From: Octopus vulgaris
Lineage: Eukaryota
Reading direction: 5' to 3'
Assembly (NCBI GenBank): GCA_951406725.2
Contig: OX597817.1
Location: forward strand, 134,292,001-134,356,000
Length of the DNA: 64,000 nt
The notes beneath the pieces are model-generated. The model made no database searches. It saw only the letters and a list, made by a program, of their open reading frames with translations, and was not told the origin of the DNA. Below, piece by piece: positions 1 through 13,440 of this stretch; the stretch's first letter is position 1, and the number at the start of each line of letters is the position of its first letter. The position numbers and the translations under genes were made by a program.

Positions 1-3000
1 TTTGGCAGAGTCGTGTCAAATAAATATGTCTATATGGAAATTGTACGTCGTCGGTGGAGATAATGTAGTATGTGTTCAAACATTGGTATTATCTAATCAA
101 ATAGAAAATGTCATATTAGGAGAAAGTGTGCGAATGTAAATACACAGAAGTAGGCATTAAAATACAAATTATTGAAATCTGTTAAAATGGAAGCGGTTGA
201 TACGAGGTAGGGAAATAACAGCTTTGTTTGTCTGAAATAGTTGTTTGTGTTTTGGATCAGAAATGGCTGAAAAAATGAATATATTAAGAGAAAACCTTGG
301 GCAAACTTAAAAAATTGATGCATTTAAAAGGAAATTGTAAGATTAATAATTAAACATAATTACATGATGTTAGCTGAGCCTTAGGTGAAAAAAAATTAAG
401 AAAGAGTGGAAAGGTGTAAAATGTGGGAGATTTTAAATTCTAGATTATGAAATGCAATTTTGTTTATTCTATAATAGATCAGTACTGCTATTGTAATGTT
501 AAAATAACAGAAATTGGCCTCCTTGTTTATTAGTTTCTTCTTTTATAGAGAAGTTACAGTATCAACAGGTGTGTAATACGCACTCCCGCATAAGACGCAC
601 CCCTGTTTTAGGAGTTTGTGTTGTGACGGGGTGAGGAATCAAATTTAGCAGGTTTCATCATACATTTATTGAAATATATCTTAAAGTGGGTTTGTGGGGC
701 GAAACGTATGACTGCATGTAAATACACCGCTGAAGCAGTATCACAGCATACTGGAATACAGTATGAAACCGGAAACTCGTAAACTACATTAAAAAAGGAC
801 TTTATTTCAATTTCTTTCTCTGCTTCTAATTGTACTTTGTTCAAAAGCATTTCTATTAAAAATGTCTATTTTTTATCAATGCTATTTTATTTACGTTTTT
901 TATCATCACGATCGGCCACAGGCTGGCCCACCCTCACTGTGGTTTTCTAGTCTCCTCTCATAGCGAATACCTGGTAAGCGGATAAAAAGTTCAACATTCC
1001 TTTTATCTTTTTAGAATTTTCATTTCTAGTAGTAAAAACACCGCCATCAGATTACGTAAGACATATGAGATGTTGATTCTGCGCCCTGAAGACGGATATA
1101 TGAGATGATGGTACCACACACCTGTCGACTTACCGGAAGCAATTTTACGGTAAGTTTATGCGAACAGACTGGGATATTTTGGGCTTGTTTTCAACATTTC
1201 CTTACTAGTAACTGTTATTGTGTCTAGGAGACTTATGCTCGTCAGTCTTCTACGGCTTCAATACCCAGTCTCTCGTCCGTTAGGCTGCATCAAACAAAGG
1301 GAATTTACTATTTTTCCTGTTTTTTTATCTCTTTGAAAGCAATTATTAGCTTCCAAGCAAAAGCAGCCTGTGTCGCCAGCAAGAACCTGATGAAGAAGTG
1401 CAGGCTATCCGACATCCACAGAAGTCTACAGATTGTTCATAGAGGTGACACCATTGATATAAGCAATATGTAGAGAATGGAAGAAGATGTATAAGGACGT
1501 AGAAACCAGTGTTGAAAACAAATGATGCAGCGAGAGACCATCAATTGCGACCAGTGATACGAATCTCCTGCAACTGAGCGAACTGATTCTCGCAAACAAA
1601 CTAGTTACAGACCATCATCTTACTGGACGATTGGACAGGGGTCACATTGTACTAGAAAAAGAAGTTAACTCGGTACCTCTTGACACAGACTGAATTTTTT
1701 CCCAGTTTATCAATAAATATACGACCGACACCCATTTATACGCGGTGGTTTCTAGAGCGTTGCACAGGGAAACTTCGAACTTGTTGCGAAATTTAAAGAA
1801 CATACACCTGTGTTTGGATTCACCTGATCTAGATTCACTGTTGGTGTCCATGTGACTCTTGCCACTGGTAAACATATAGCCCAGTATTACCGACATATGC
1901 TGAGATAGATGACTGTAGAAGATACGTACGTACCCAGCAGGATTTTAAACTAAACCTGCCAAAAGTGGATGAACTATTTGAAAGCCGACAGAATCCATAT
2001 TTTAGGAAGATATTGGCAGTTTTGTAATTTCCAAACATCAGAAAATCAAATATTTAAATGGTGGCGGCGGGGGACATTTTATAAGTTTATATAGACTGTT
2101 GTGTTAAATTAATTTCTCAGTGAAGTGATTCCGGATTAGATCTCAAAGAGTAGAACTTTGTGACAGTCTCTCGACCCGGTTTCACCAACCAACTCGAGAG
2201 ATGGAAACTTTGTGGTAACCCATTATGTGTGTGTACATGTGTGTGTGTATAAATGGGTTTGTACGTGGGTCTCTGGGTCTGTATGTATGTATATATATAG
2301 TTAATCCAAACATGAAAACACAAAGAGAAAACACAACAACGCAAGGACGTGGAACAAGTATAGTGTATTTGGACGTTCAAGAAAGGAAGGAAAGAAGGAG
2401 GATTCAACTTTTCGAGCGGAGCTCTTCGTCAGAAACATAGGAAAAGGAAAGATCCAATGAAGGGAAGACGGAGGAAAGAAAATCGCCAACGGTACACACG
2501 CGGTCACATTTTATATATATGGCTGTAGGTTTGCATCTACCCCTCTTCATACCAGTCTAAAAACTTATGTTTCTTTATGGTTGATAACTTAGCGGCACGT
2601 TAAATACTCATAAGAATCAATGAATTTGGTAGGCAACATAAATGGATCGATACCATCAACTCAAACGCTTGAACGTGTGCCCCAGCTAGGTCGCTGAACG
2701 AAAGTTATAAAATTGCATGTTCGCGCGCGTAACTGTCTGTGTCACTGAGTGTGCACTCTTATGTGGAGTGAAAAGATACAGTTAAGCAATATTACAGGAG
2801 CTTAAATTTAAACATCATTGTTAACTCAACTATTATTTCGCCTCTCTCTCTATATTCTTCCTCTCAAATATTTTATTCATTTCTCTTTAGATTACGACTT
2901 GTATAATTTTAGAACAAACATCCGCCCCGTTCGCCTGATGCCTCACATCTGAACGCTATCAGTTCCGCGCTAAAACAGTAACGAAATTACATATTTACTG

Positions 3001-4565
3001 CTTATGTTCTTCAAGTATCCAAAACTATTACGAAACGACAGGATTTCCTCTTTGCAGCCGATAATGTAATTCACTCCCGAACAGCTGTTTACCCAAAACA
3101 CAAAGTACAGATGCTTCTTAGACAAGAGTGCTGCTAACATATTTGTGATGGTGGAGCTACCATTCTTTTTTAAACAACATATTCACTCATCAGATCGCTT
3201 CCAAGAATATACAGACAACATTTCAACTGTTGTATCTTCACATCTACAAATGACAAAGTCATATACAACTCCACTGCGTTCAATATTAATCAAAATATTC
3301 TATGGCTGCTGCTCTGACAATACCGTCCATTCGACTCGGAGAGTATTGTCACTATAGTAGCGGTGTTAATACGGGATGATTTGACAGCTATTTCCTGCAG
3401 GTGTGGCGACTGAGTTCGCCTGTGAAGAGAAAGGTGCATGTAAAGATAGAATCGTAAATGAAAATCACTTGATTGCTTCACATAGAGAAAACATATTCAA
3501 TGTTTTAATGCTGCTTTCATTCTGTTTCCAAAAAGTGTGTAGAACATAACTCCCGCTTGCTAAGATCAAATGACCCTAAATAGTCCTCACTGCTATTTAT
3601 TGGCTAACCGTTCTTTGCCCTGGTGTCTGTGGGAATGAGGGGGCAACTGTTTATCACTGTAGTGTTTCCTTTCCAAAAACTTCACCAATCACGTTGTTCC
3701 ATTTTTAAAGTACAAACACACACTAAATCATATAAACGTCTCCATTCCGACATTGTGTCGGAATGGACACGGATGAATCGCCCCTGAATACAGGTCTGCT
3801 GAGTTAGAACGAACATAGGACGATACAACAATTACAGCATTCTATTAACAAGGCCCTAAAGATCATTTGAAGTGAGTCTAAATTTCCAAACACCGATTTA
3901 CTTCTAATTATCTCCATTCTTTGCTCTTTTTAAAGATTAAAAAATTTTTTTTTTTCTTTATTGTTCCTCTCCAGTCAACCCTGACCTCAAACATAGGATT
4001 CACAAAAATGATTACCAAATTGATCCACTGCAGCAATCGTGAGGCCGCTTCAGTCGTTACTCAATTACCTTTCTAAAACGTTATTCATGAAACCTTTAAC
4101 TAGTTTATGTATTAGATTTCATTCCCCTTTGGACACCTTTACACAATGGCAGTCAATGGATATATTCGCATTTTAAACATATTTCACGTTTCTTTATCGT
4201 ATTCCATTGTATGTGGTAAATGTATAATGAGTCTAGCAAGCCTTTAATTCCCTTTCATAGCTTAATATTTATTTTTACCATTTAGGTTTTCCCCGCTCTT
4301 AATCAGCTTTTGTTTACACATTTGAAGAGAGTCATAAAGGAATAAACAGCACCGAACTATTATTATAACCAAAAAGAAACTGTAATCACAACTAAACAAA
4401 AGAGATGAATCACAAATACACTACCATCGCCGCCGCCGCCGGTAGTATATTTGAAAAGTTATTTCAAAACATTGAATTGTTTCTTGAATATTTGCACACG
4501 GTAGTAAACTGTATATATGTGTATATGTAGGTGGATATATATATATATATATATATACACATACA

Positions 4566-4625
<60 letters not shown>

Positions 4626-5627
4626 AATTATTAGTATGTCACATGATATGACAAATAAACCGAACGGAATATTGGTTTTTACTTAGCAAAGAGTAGAAAG
4701 TCGATTTTCGGAAATATATTGGAAATAAGTCAAGAACAGCTAAATCATTTAATAAACATAGTGAATATATTTCGTGCAGCCAGTAATGAACGACAAGTAT
4801 GTGAGGCGGGTCGGTGTCGGGGTTGGTGGCTCTTGCTTGCGGTTTGTGCTATTCACTGATTATACAATGTAAGCATATCGGAAGTGCTAGTGTCAATAAC
4901 AATATAGTTGGTCGACATTATGGAGATTTATGTGAACCTCACCCACACCGTTCCACCCTACCTGTATGATAATAATTGAGTTGACTGTACAGTTTATTGT
5001 CCAGCCATGACATGGCGTATTAAATCATTATAAATTTACTAGGAGATAGAGAAAGTCGGGGAGAATTCGCTAACTTTCTAAAAGACCACAGTGGCAGCAG
5101 TGCAGTTCTGTTCATGGAATATATATTTTTCATTTCCAAAAGCACACGTTTGAAATATGTCTAGAGGAAGATTGAATGTTTCCATCGAATTCTAAGAATC
5201 TTTTGTTAAAGTCGACAATGTAGCTCCTACCGAGACTCGAAGACACGAAATCTAAGCTAGCAGGGATTATTCTAATTTATGAGATTTTTCGGTTTTACTG
5301 TTTCTTTTTTTGTAAGATCGTGTTGGTGGTACGGTTGATGAGAACTTTCTAGATCTTCCACGATATATCAAACTGTGATTCCTTATTTTATGGGAACATC
5401 ATTGGCGAAATCATTGAAATATTGTATATTAATTGTGTACTAATAGGAAGCGTGTGTGAGTAGGAAGTTAAATTCATAGCCATGTTTTATCTCAAGTAGT
5501 TTACGGTTGTCAACAGTTCGAATTGACTTTGAATCATTTCAGGTTGGCATTTGAATGAAATTTGTAAACGAGGAAAGCGGTGTCAGAGGGGGAGAAGGAC
5601 TTAATATATTTCTGTTTCAAGTGACTT

Positions 5628-5660
<33 letters not shown>

Positions 5661-6804
5661 AGGAAATATGAGTGCACCGTGGGTGTTTGAAAGTGAACAA
5701 AGATTCAGAGATAAGAATGAGCAGAAAAAAACATCTCTTTCAATAAACAAATTAATATTATATCTCCCTGTATTTCTAAAATACTTTTTTTTTATCTGGC
5801 TGATTACTTTGTTCAATGCTATCCGACAGAAAGGAAACTGTAACCTGACCGCTAGTTTTCTCTTTGGATGAGACGCGAGAACTTCAATCGTTCAAAAGTA
5901 TCTAATTAAGTAGTTATAAAGAAATTATTTTGATATGATATGGAAATATAGGTTTTCTTGAACAGATATTACACGATGATGTTAGGTTTATCAGGAGGTA
6001 AAAAAATGTGTCCGCTGCTGAGGAGTTATACATTACGGAGAGGTTAAAATTTCATTGAAATAAGAGATATTTGCACACTGCAGCTGACCTTCCGAATTTC
6101 AGTGTTTCTTTGACACTCGTATGTGGAGCAGGGGATTGATCCATTTTTTGAATACCTTAATAAATCATTAAATCTCAAAGATTAGTTTTTTATCGAAACT
6201 TCTTTGTAAAATATTATCACTAAATACTTCACGAGAAGGCTAAATCGCAAGTGCGTCGGACAAAATGCTTAGCAGCATTTCTGCTAACTTTCAAGCTTCA
6301 GAATTTAAATGCTACCAAGGTCAACTTTGCCTTTCCTTTTTTGAGGATAATAAAATTAGTACCTTTTGAAAACGAGTGGGAGGCGGGTAAACACAAAACC
6401 CCGCCCCTAAATTGCTAGCGTGGTGCAGAAATTTGAAACTATTATTAAGGTGGGGTTAGCAACATGACATGATATTTGAAAAGATTTTGATTCAGATCAC
6501 TCACTATAAAACGGAGACCCACGAGGATTTCAAAGTTTTGAACCGTAGCGCATTATTCAGTAAGGGAATTCTATTTTCATGTTAAGCGCACGTAACTTCG
6601 TCTCTTTCTCCGATCTACGGTGAATGTATTAACGTTTAGGATTTCAGCGTCGGGTACGAAGTTGAGATCAGTAACGGTAATATTACTACTTACTACAATA
6701 GGTACAAGGCCTGAAATTTTGCTGGAGGGGGTTAATCGATTATGTGACCGGTACTTTGTTTTATCGACCTCGGAGTGGTAAAATGCAAACATGATATATA
6801 CATA

Positions 6805-7208
6805 GGCGCAGCTGTGGCTGTGTGGTAAGTGGCTTGCTTACCAACCATATGATCCGGGGTTCAGTCCTACTGCGTGACACCTTCGGCAAGTGTCTTCTAT
6901 TATAAACTCGGGCCGACCAAAATCTTATGAGTGGATTTGATAGACGGAAACTGAAAGAAGCCCGTCGTATATATATATATTAATATGTGTGTGTGTGTGT
7001 GTGTGTGTGCTCGCGCATGCGTGTGTGTGTCCTCCATCGCTTGATAACTGATGTTGGTGCATTTCCATCCCCGTAAGCTAGCGGTTCGGCAAAAGAGTCC
7101 GATAGAATAAGTACCACGCTTACAAAGAATAAGTCCTGGGGTCGATTTCGTCTAACAGGTGGTGCCCCAGCATGGTCGCATTCAAATGACTGAAACAAGT
7201 AAAAGAAT
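6805..7208 (+). mobile_element. tRNA-derived SINE, family A
   Basis: Head GGCGCAGCTGTGGCTGTGTGGTAAG (A-box-like) and GGGTTCAGTCC (B-box-like); internal (TA)/(TG) tract; 3' GGTGGTGCCCCAGCATGG..AAATGACTGAAAC. Aligns by eye to 60624-61035. Confidence 0.9.
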
Positions 7209-7680
7209 ATATATCATGTATATATATGAGAGAGGGTGAGAGAGTTATTTGGTAGAGCGATAAATATTCGCACATCGTGCGTTTTCTGGTTTAATATTTT
7301 ATCCACGTGGATGTATAAATGCTAACACACACGGGTAGCAGGTGGATAGAGTTAGTCTTGAGACATTGATATGGATCACACAATAAAGATTCTAAAATGA
7401 AGATAATATAAAGTCATCTCGACAGCTGGGTCAAGATGGCCATAACCTACGTTATGAGTCTTGAAACGATGCGGAAAGTGGCTAGAAAAGTCAATTGTTT
7501 CGTGATGATAGTTGAGGAGATACTCAGGTGAACACGAGGAGAAATCGTGTTTGCCATTCTACACTTCAAAATAGATGTCTAATATACTTGAACATTTTCA
7601 GCTGGACTTGTCACTTATCGCACACCTATGATGCCAAACACCTTTTACTCATCAATATGGCAACCTTAAAACACTATTCT

Positions 7681-8067
7681 TTTATTCTTTTACTGGTTTC
7701 ATTCACTTGACTGCGGCCATGCTGAAGCACCGCCTTTAGTCGAAGAAATCGATCCCAGGACTTATTCTTTGTAAACCTATTATTCATTCTATCACTCTCT
7801 TTTGCTGAACAGCTAAGTTACGGGGACGTAAACACACCAATATCGGTTTGTGGGGCACAAACACAGACACACAAACACACACACACACACATATATATAC
7901 ACACTACGGTTTTTTTTTCAGTTTCCGTTTACCAAATCTACTCACTAGGCTTTGTTCAGCCCGAGGCTATAGTAGAAGACAATTGCCCAAGGTGCCACGC
8001 AGTTGGACTGAACACGGAACGACGTGGTTGGGAAGCAAGATACTTACCACCCACCCACTCCTGCGCC
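7681..8067 (-). mobile_element. SINE family A
   Basis: Reverse complement matches 60624-61035 from head to tail. Confidence 0.9.
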
Positions 8068-8299
8068 TGTCGAGGTCAAATTTTACATAATCTTTATTTT
8101 ATTATCTGAAATTTGTGCTCCATATATCTGTCAGAAGCCTAACTGTATCCACCTAACTTACTACCTCCATAACAACTCAGCAAAGATTACTCTTTCAGCT
8201 AACATTCGAGACGGAGATGCTGACCCTGGATGAAGGAGGTGGAATTTAAGCTCGCATAAATTCATTTGGACACCTTTCTGTATGATCACTCTGTCGGTT

Positions 8300-10518
8300 A
8301 CGACCTCTTCTTATTGTAAGTGTATTTTTGAACGTGTATTGAGTTGTATTGAAGGGTTGATTTGGGGACTCCTTGGCAGCGGTTTACCGCTTGTGCTTTC
8401 TCTCTGTTTCAAGAGAGAGAGCGATGGCTTATGAAAAAATGTTCTATTCGGACCTTGGTGTGTCGGAATTGTCTACTTCAGAGGATGAATTAGTAAAGGC
8501 AGTAAACAAAATGGACAGAACTCTTAAGGAAAGAAAGAGTTTCGCCAAGGTAACGGAGCTAGAAAGGAATGATATAGACTAGTCTAAATTGGAACAAAAA
8601 AATGGCTCATAAAGTAAGTGGTGACGTAAAGATGTCGCTTCCACAGAAAGTTATGGAGGACATGAAGAAGAGAACAATAGTGTATAAAGTTTATTTAGTA
8701 GAACAGAAAAAGGTAGACCAAGTAGAAGCTGAAACAACTGAGAAGGCGTTGTGCGCGGTATCTAAGGATATGGTATTTTTGGCAAGAGGAAGAAAATATG
8801 GGACGGTGGTGGTCCAGTTCAAGACGGAGGAAATAGCGAGGAGGGTGGCTGTAAATACGGTGAAATCGAATAAAGTGGTCCTTCTAACCATGTATCTTGG
8901 AAGGAGGACACCCAAGATCAGGGTAGAGGGAATCCCGCCAGACATAGAAGGGGCTTGGGTTGCGGCGGCTGTCCTCCTCGGAAGTGAGGAGGAAGTGGCA
9001 GTCCTCCAAGCCACGGAAACGGAGGAGGTGATGTGGAAAGGAAAAATCATTAGAACTTATTGTTCAGACAGAAGTAGAATCCTTGGAAACGGTGACTGTA
9101 GGATACATAATCTTGATAGCGTGGGTAGAGGGCAGAATCCCGAGCTGTTTTAAACGTGGCCAAAACGGCCACATTAGAGCACACTTCCCCTCTGCTGAAG
9201 CATAGCGTACAAAAGTGGTTAAAGAGCTCGAGAAGAAGCAAGAGGAGGTACAGATGAAAGAAAGGAAAAAGGAAGAATTATGGACAGTGGCAGAGGGAAG
9301 AAAAAGGAAAAGAAAAGACAGTGTGATGCGGAACATCCTAGCCATCCCCACTCACACATAACCCCTCAGACCCTTCCTCTCCCCACAGACACCAAATCCA
9401 TCCATTCCCTTCCTTCACAATGTTTTACATTGTGAGAGAAACAGACGTCACAAGATACATGAAATTCCCACCTCCCGTGAAAATAGTTATGTATGTGTGT
9501 TAAGAGAGGTTATAGACGAGGAACTAATAAATGAGGTAACAAGGTGGAAGACAGCAAAATTTGTGGATGTTGAGGGATAGACGAATGTTGTGGGTTGACA
9601 CATGTGTGTACTGGTGTCTCAGAGCCAGAAGCAAGCGATTGCAAAATATATAAAAATAGGTTATTAGTATTGGAAGATTGATGTGAATTTGAAAAGGATT
9701 CCGGTAAAAGCAGGATATGAGGAACTGAGAGAAAAATTCAGATTGGACGTTTTGAAGGCCTCGGCATTCAGACGGAAGGAAGTGTTGCTGCTTGAGATTG
9801 AGCTAGCAGCTCATTTTCATTTTCATAATGGAGTTGATTTTGATTCATTTTTAATTCTATTTTTGTGTTATATGTCCCGGATTTATACCTTTTGACCTAC
9901 AGATTTAAAAAATAATTTTTTGTAACTAAACACTTTCAAACTTTGGACACTGGTAGAATGTGTCATATAAAACATCTTTTGCTCTTAGCATTTTTGAGAA
10001 AAACTTATATTTACGAAGTTAGTTCACGTTAAAGTTGTCCTATTTCGGTAATTTCAACCAATCAATGACGTGTATTCAGCGGAATAAAATTACTGCCGTT
10101 GTTTGTCAACAACTATCGGCGGTGTTGTTTTCGTTTGTCACTGTTATTTATGACATCGTTCGTGTGTGTGTACTGGTTTTAAGGTTAGGGTTGTCATAAA
10201 TAACAGTGACAAACGAAATATACGCAGCCGGAAGTTGTTGTTGACAAACAACGGCAGTAATTTTATTCCGCTGAATACACGTCATTGATTGGTTGAAATT
10301 ACCGAAATACGAGAACTTTAAGGTGAAATAACTTCGTAAATATAAGTTTTTCTCAAAAATGCTAAGAGTAAAAGATGTTTTATATGACACATTCTACCGG
10401 TGTCCGAAGTTTGAAAGTGTTTAGTTACAAAAAATTATTTTTTAAATCTGTAGGTCAAAAGTAAAGATCCTATATCCCCAGATGTGTTTGTGTTGGCCCC
10501 TTGTGCGCAATAAAAAAA
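8300..10518 (+). mobile_element. Decayed ORF1-only L1/Tx1-type (HAL1-like) retroelement, interrupted by a MITE
   Basis: Broken ORF: FYSDL..ELVKAV, RGRKYGTVVVQF, RRTPKIRVEGIP, and a degenerate zinc knuckle GRIPSCFKRGQNGHIRAHFP at ~9130-9190. No APE/RT follows. Ends CCCCTTGTGCGCAATAAAAAAA. 5' boundary is approximate. Confidence 0.7.
9879..10470. mobile_element. Foldback MITE with ~275-bp inverted arms, Merlin-like
   Basis: Arms ~9879-10154 and ~10192-10470 are near-perfect reverse complements. Termini GGAT...ATCC; 8-bp flanking duplication TATGTCCC (9871-9878) / TATATCCC (10471-10478). Confidence 0.85.
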
Positions 10519-10824
10519 CTACCTCTCAGTATTATCTACACTGGATTTATCCCCACCAACATATATATACACACACGTGTAGATTTAGAGGAGGAGGTAG
10601 AGGAGTGCATGTACATGAATGGAAATACTACTATATACAGAATCCACATTTGTTTATAGACGAAGTAATAGTAGTATAGACTAAACAACAACATTAGTAA
10701 ACGATGAAGAACAGGAATAATTTACTACAACAGCAGTTACAAAAGCGAAAATATACGAAGAATAACTGGAACAGAATTAAAAACTTTATAGAAGCAAGAA
10801 TTGCACTAAGCAAGGACGGAGCCT

Positions 10825-11030
10825 ATTCAACAAAAACAATAACAGCATGTAATAAAAACATTTTAAATGATTATTCCGGAGCATATTCACCATCTACTTC
10901 AATTACCGCTTCCCATTTGCTTGGCAGACGGTCAGACCGTCATTTAAAGATGCTTTTGTTAAATATTGTTATTGTTTTTGTTGAATAAAATTTGTTGAAA
11001 AACAGCCACAATAATCATGCACCAACCTAA
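10825..11030 (-). mobile_element. Mariner-derived MITE (partial)
   Basis: Terminus TGCACCAACCTAA followed by TA. Minus strand encodes LPSKWEAVIEVDGEYAPE*, resembling a mariner transposase C-terminus. Inverted copy of 37348-37593. Confidence 0.75.
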
Positions 11031-12998
11031 TATATGTGTGTGTGTGTGTAGACACTTGTATACATCCAAATATATATGGAAAAAAGCATAATGAGCTTAA
11101 CAAATTTGTGTATCGTTGATATGCAACTCCTTCTGATATGCATTATAAGTCTGTTAATGGTTCCTTTTACTCAAGCGGTCGATTATACCAACCGGAAAAA
11201 ATTTTGTTAATTTAGTATTTATATGGACAGAGAGCTAAAGAAGTATTTTGTCCAAATTGATAATCCCTTGTTAATAACTTTTTTTATTACATACATATTT
11301 ATGTGTGTAAGAGGGAGAGAGAGAGAGTAAAAATCGTATTACACAGCGCTTTTACTAAGGCATTTTGTGACTAAACTCACATTTTGATTATATTCACTTT
11401 AAAATTGGAACCAAAATTTTAATATTTTTAACTTTCGGTTAGTAAACAGAACGCAGTTTCTCAAATAACAATAAATATTAAATACCTTCTAAATTAATAA
11501 CTGATCATTCCTAATGAATATTACACAAAATATCATATTAACATTACGAATAATTAATTAATTAATTAATAAATCAGCATTAAAATCTTATAATATAAAC
11601 TGAAATTAGAAACTTTTATACATATGTTTAAGAAATATATTCTTAATGTTTTTTTAATAAAAAATTTGTTTAATAAACAAAACAATATTAAAATATAAGT
11701 GAGATAGGTTAGTCAGACTGTTCAAATGTATTAAACAACTATTGTAATTACTGGGATTAAATTACTCGGGTTAGGTTTAATCAGGATAATATATTTATTG
11801 CACAATCGCGTTAGTCGTTACCAGAAGTCACTGTATACTAAATCGTTACATTTATATCTGTGATTTCCAAAAAGCAGCCAAAGGCCTGCAACAAGGAGGG
11901 GCAATATAAAGAAATGACTTACTTTTGCGTGAAGCGGCCAACAGAGAACCTCTTTACCATTCCATCAAGATGCTCTTCCCGTTATATTTTCCGTGTAGGT
12001 CCCGATACTCTCGAAGATAAACATACACATATGAAAGCCATGAAAGCAGTTACACCTTTTTAGCTTCTACTTCCAAGCTAGTAGCAACCAATTCGGTAAA
12101 TTCTGTGTAAATAACATTTGGTTCAGTTGATACCAATTCTGCATTGGCCAAAAAGGAAATTATTTGGTCGTTAGAGTTCACCGGACAAACAGAATCCATT
12201 GTGCCAGGTTCCAAGTCGACAAAATAACGCGTGATACATACTTCCAGTACTTCATTATATTAGACGTAGTCAATTTAATTGTAAGTCATTATTACCACAA
12301 TAGATTCCATTAGAACTGATACGGTGTTCATAGAAAACAATAGTATTAAAATGAACGATCTCCCCTCCCGACAGACATTGGAATCGAACTGTCGACCGCC
12401 GAATAAAACATGTTCTTCGTAGATTGAATTTCTCTTGTCATGAAGGACGTCGCAATCATTCTTTAGGTAGAACGTGGCAAAATTTACATGCAAGACTTCT
12501 GTGAAAATTTCCAATGGTCTATTAGATATTAATTGTTATTTTCAATAGAAATACTAATTAATACCTCTCGATGGTGCAGGACTGACGGAATGGCTTTAGC
12601 ATCAATCAAATATACGGACGTATTTCTTCCGAGTTCAAATCCAGATGAGGTCAAATTGCATTCTATTCTTCTGGATCTAAAATTAAAAATAAAAGAATAT
12701 CAACCAGCTACCAGGGCCTTTTATTCGATCCCTATTCGTGCCAACATGCATCGGTCTAACATGCTACAATATACCTAAATTCCTGCTCAGCGTGGGTCTC
12801 TGGTTACAGTAAACAGCTCTCACATAAATATCAGGTTATTACACTTTATATTCCTCCGGTCCATAAACGGAACCCTTTCAACATACAGATCTATACACAA
12901 ACATGCATACCATTTCTTTCTGCCTCTCTTTTTCTAGACGTGTATTCCAATCAAAAGGAATAATCCAAAAGTAAGACACACATTATTTGTCCATACAT

Positions 12999-13440
12999 AG
13001 GCACAGGCACGGTTGTGTGTTTGTAAAAAGTTCACCTTGCAACAACGTGGTTTTGGGTTCAATCCCACTGTGCAACACCTCGGGCAAGAATATTGAAATT
13101 TAGTACTGGGCTGACCAAAGTCTGTTATTCAATTGGTCTCTTTTGCCAACCCGCTACGTTACGGGGGCGTAAACAAACCAACTTATCTGCAGGTCTTGGT
13201 GGTCCAAATCAGAGGTGCAATCTATGTTTGTGTCTTTTCAGAACATTGTCTGGTTTAAAAAGCCCAACAGATAAGTTGGTTTGTTTACGCCCCCGTAACG
13301 TAGCGGGTTGACAAAAGAGTCCAATTGAATAACAGACTTTTAGAAAGTGCATAGATCCTGGAGTCGATTTGTTCAGTTATAACGCTTCAAGTAGTTGCTC
13401 CAGCATAGCCACAGAATAGTGACTGAAACAAGTAAATGGT
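12999..13440 (+). mobile_element. Rearranged SINE family A with internal inverted duplication and captured LINE segment
   Basis: SINE head 12999-13120 and tail 13268-13440; 73-bp inverted arms at 13117-13189 and 13268-13340. Confidence 0.85.

Noticed and set aside
1-2040. Possible decayed TE coding remnants (L1-like 1-450, pogo-like TAAGACGCACCC near 590, coding-like 1380-2040)
   Set aside because: No diagnostic motif recoverable by eye; needs BLASTx.
3000-3330. DKSAANIFVM peptide reminiscent of a Penelope RT N-terminal motif
   Set aside because: Single weak motif; insufficient support.
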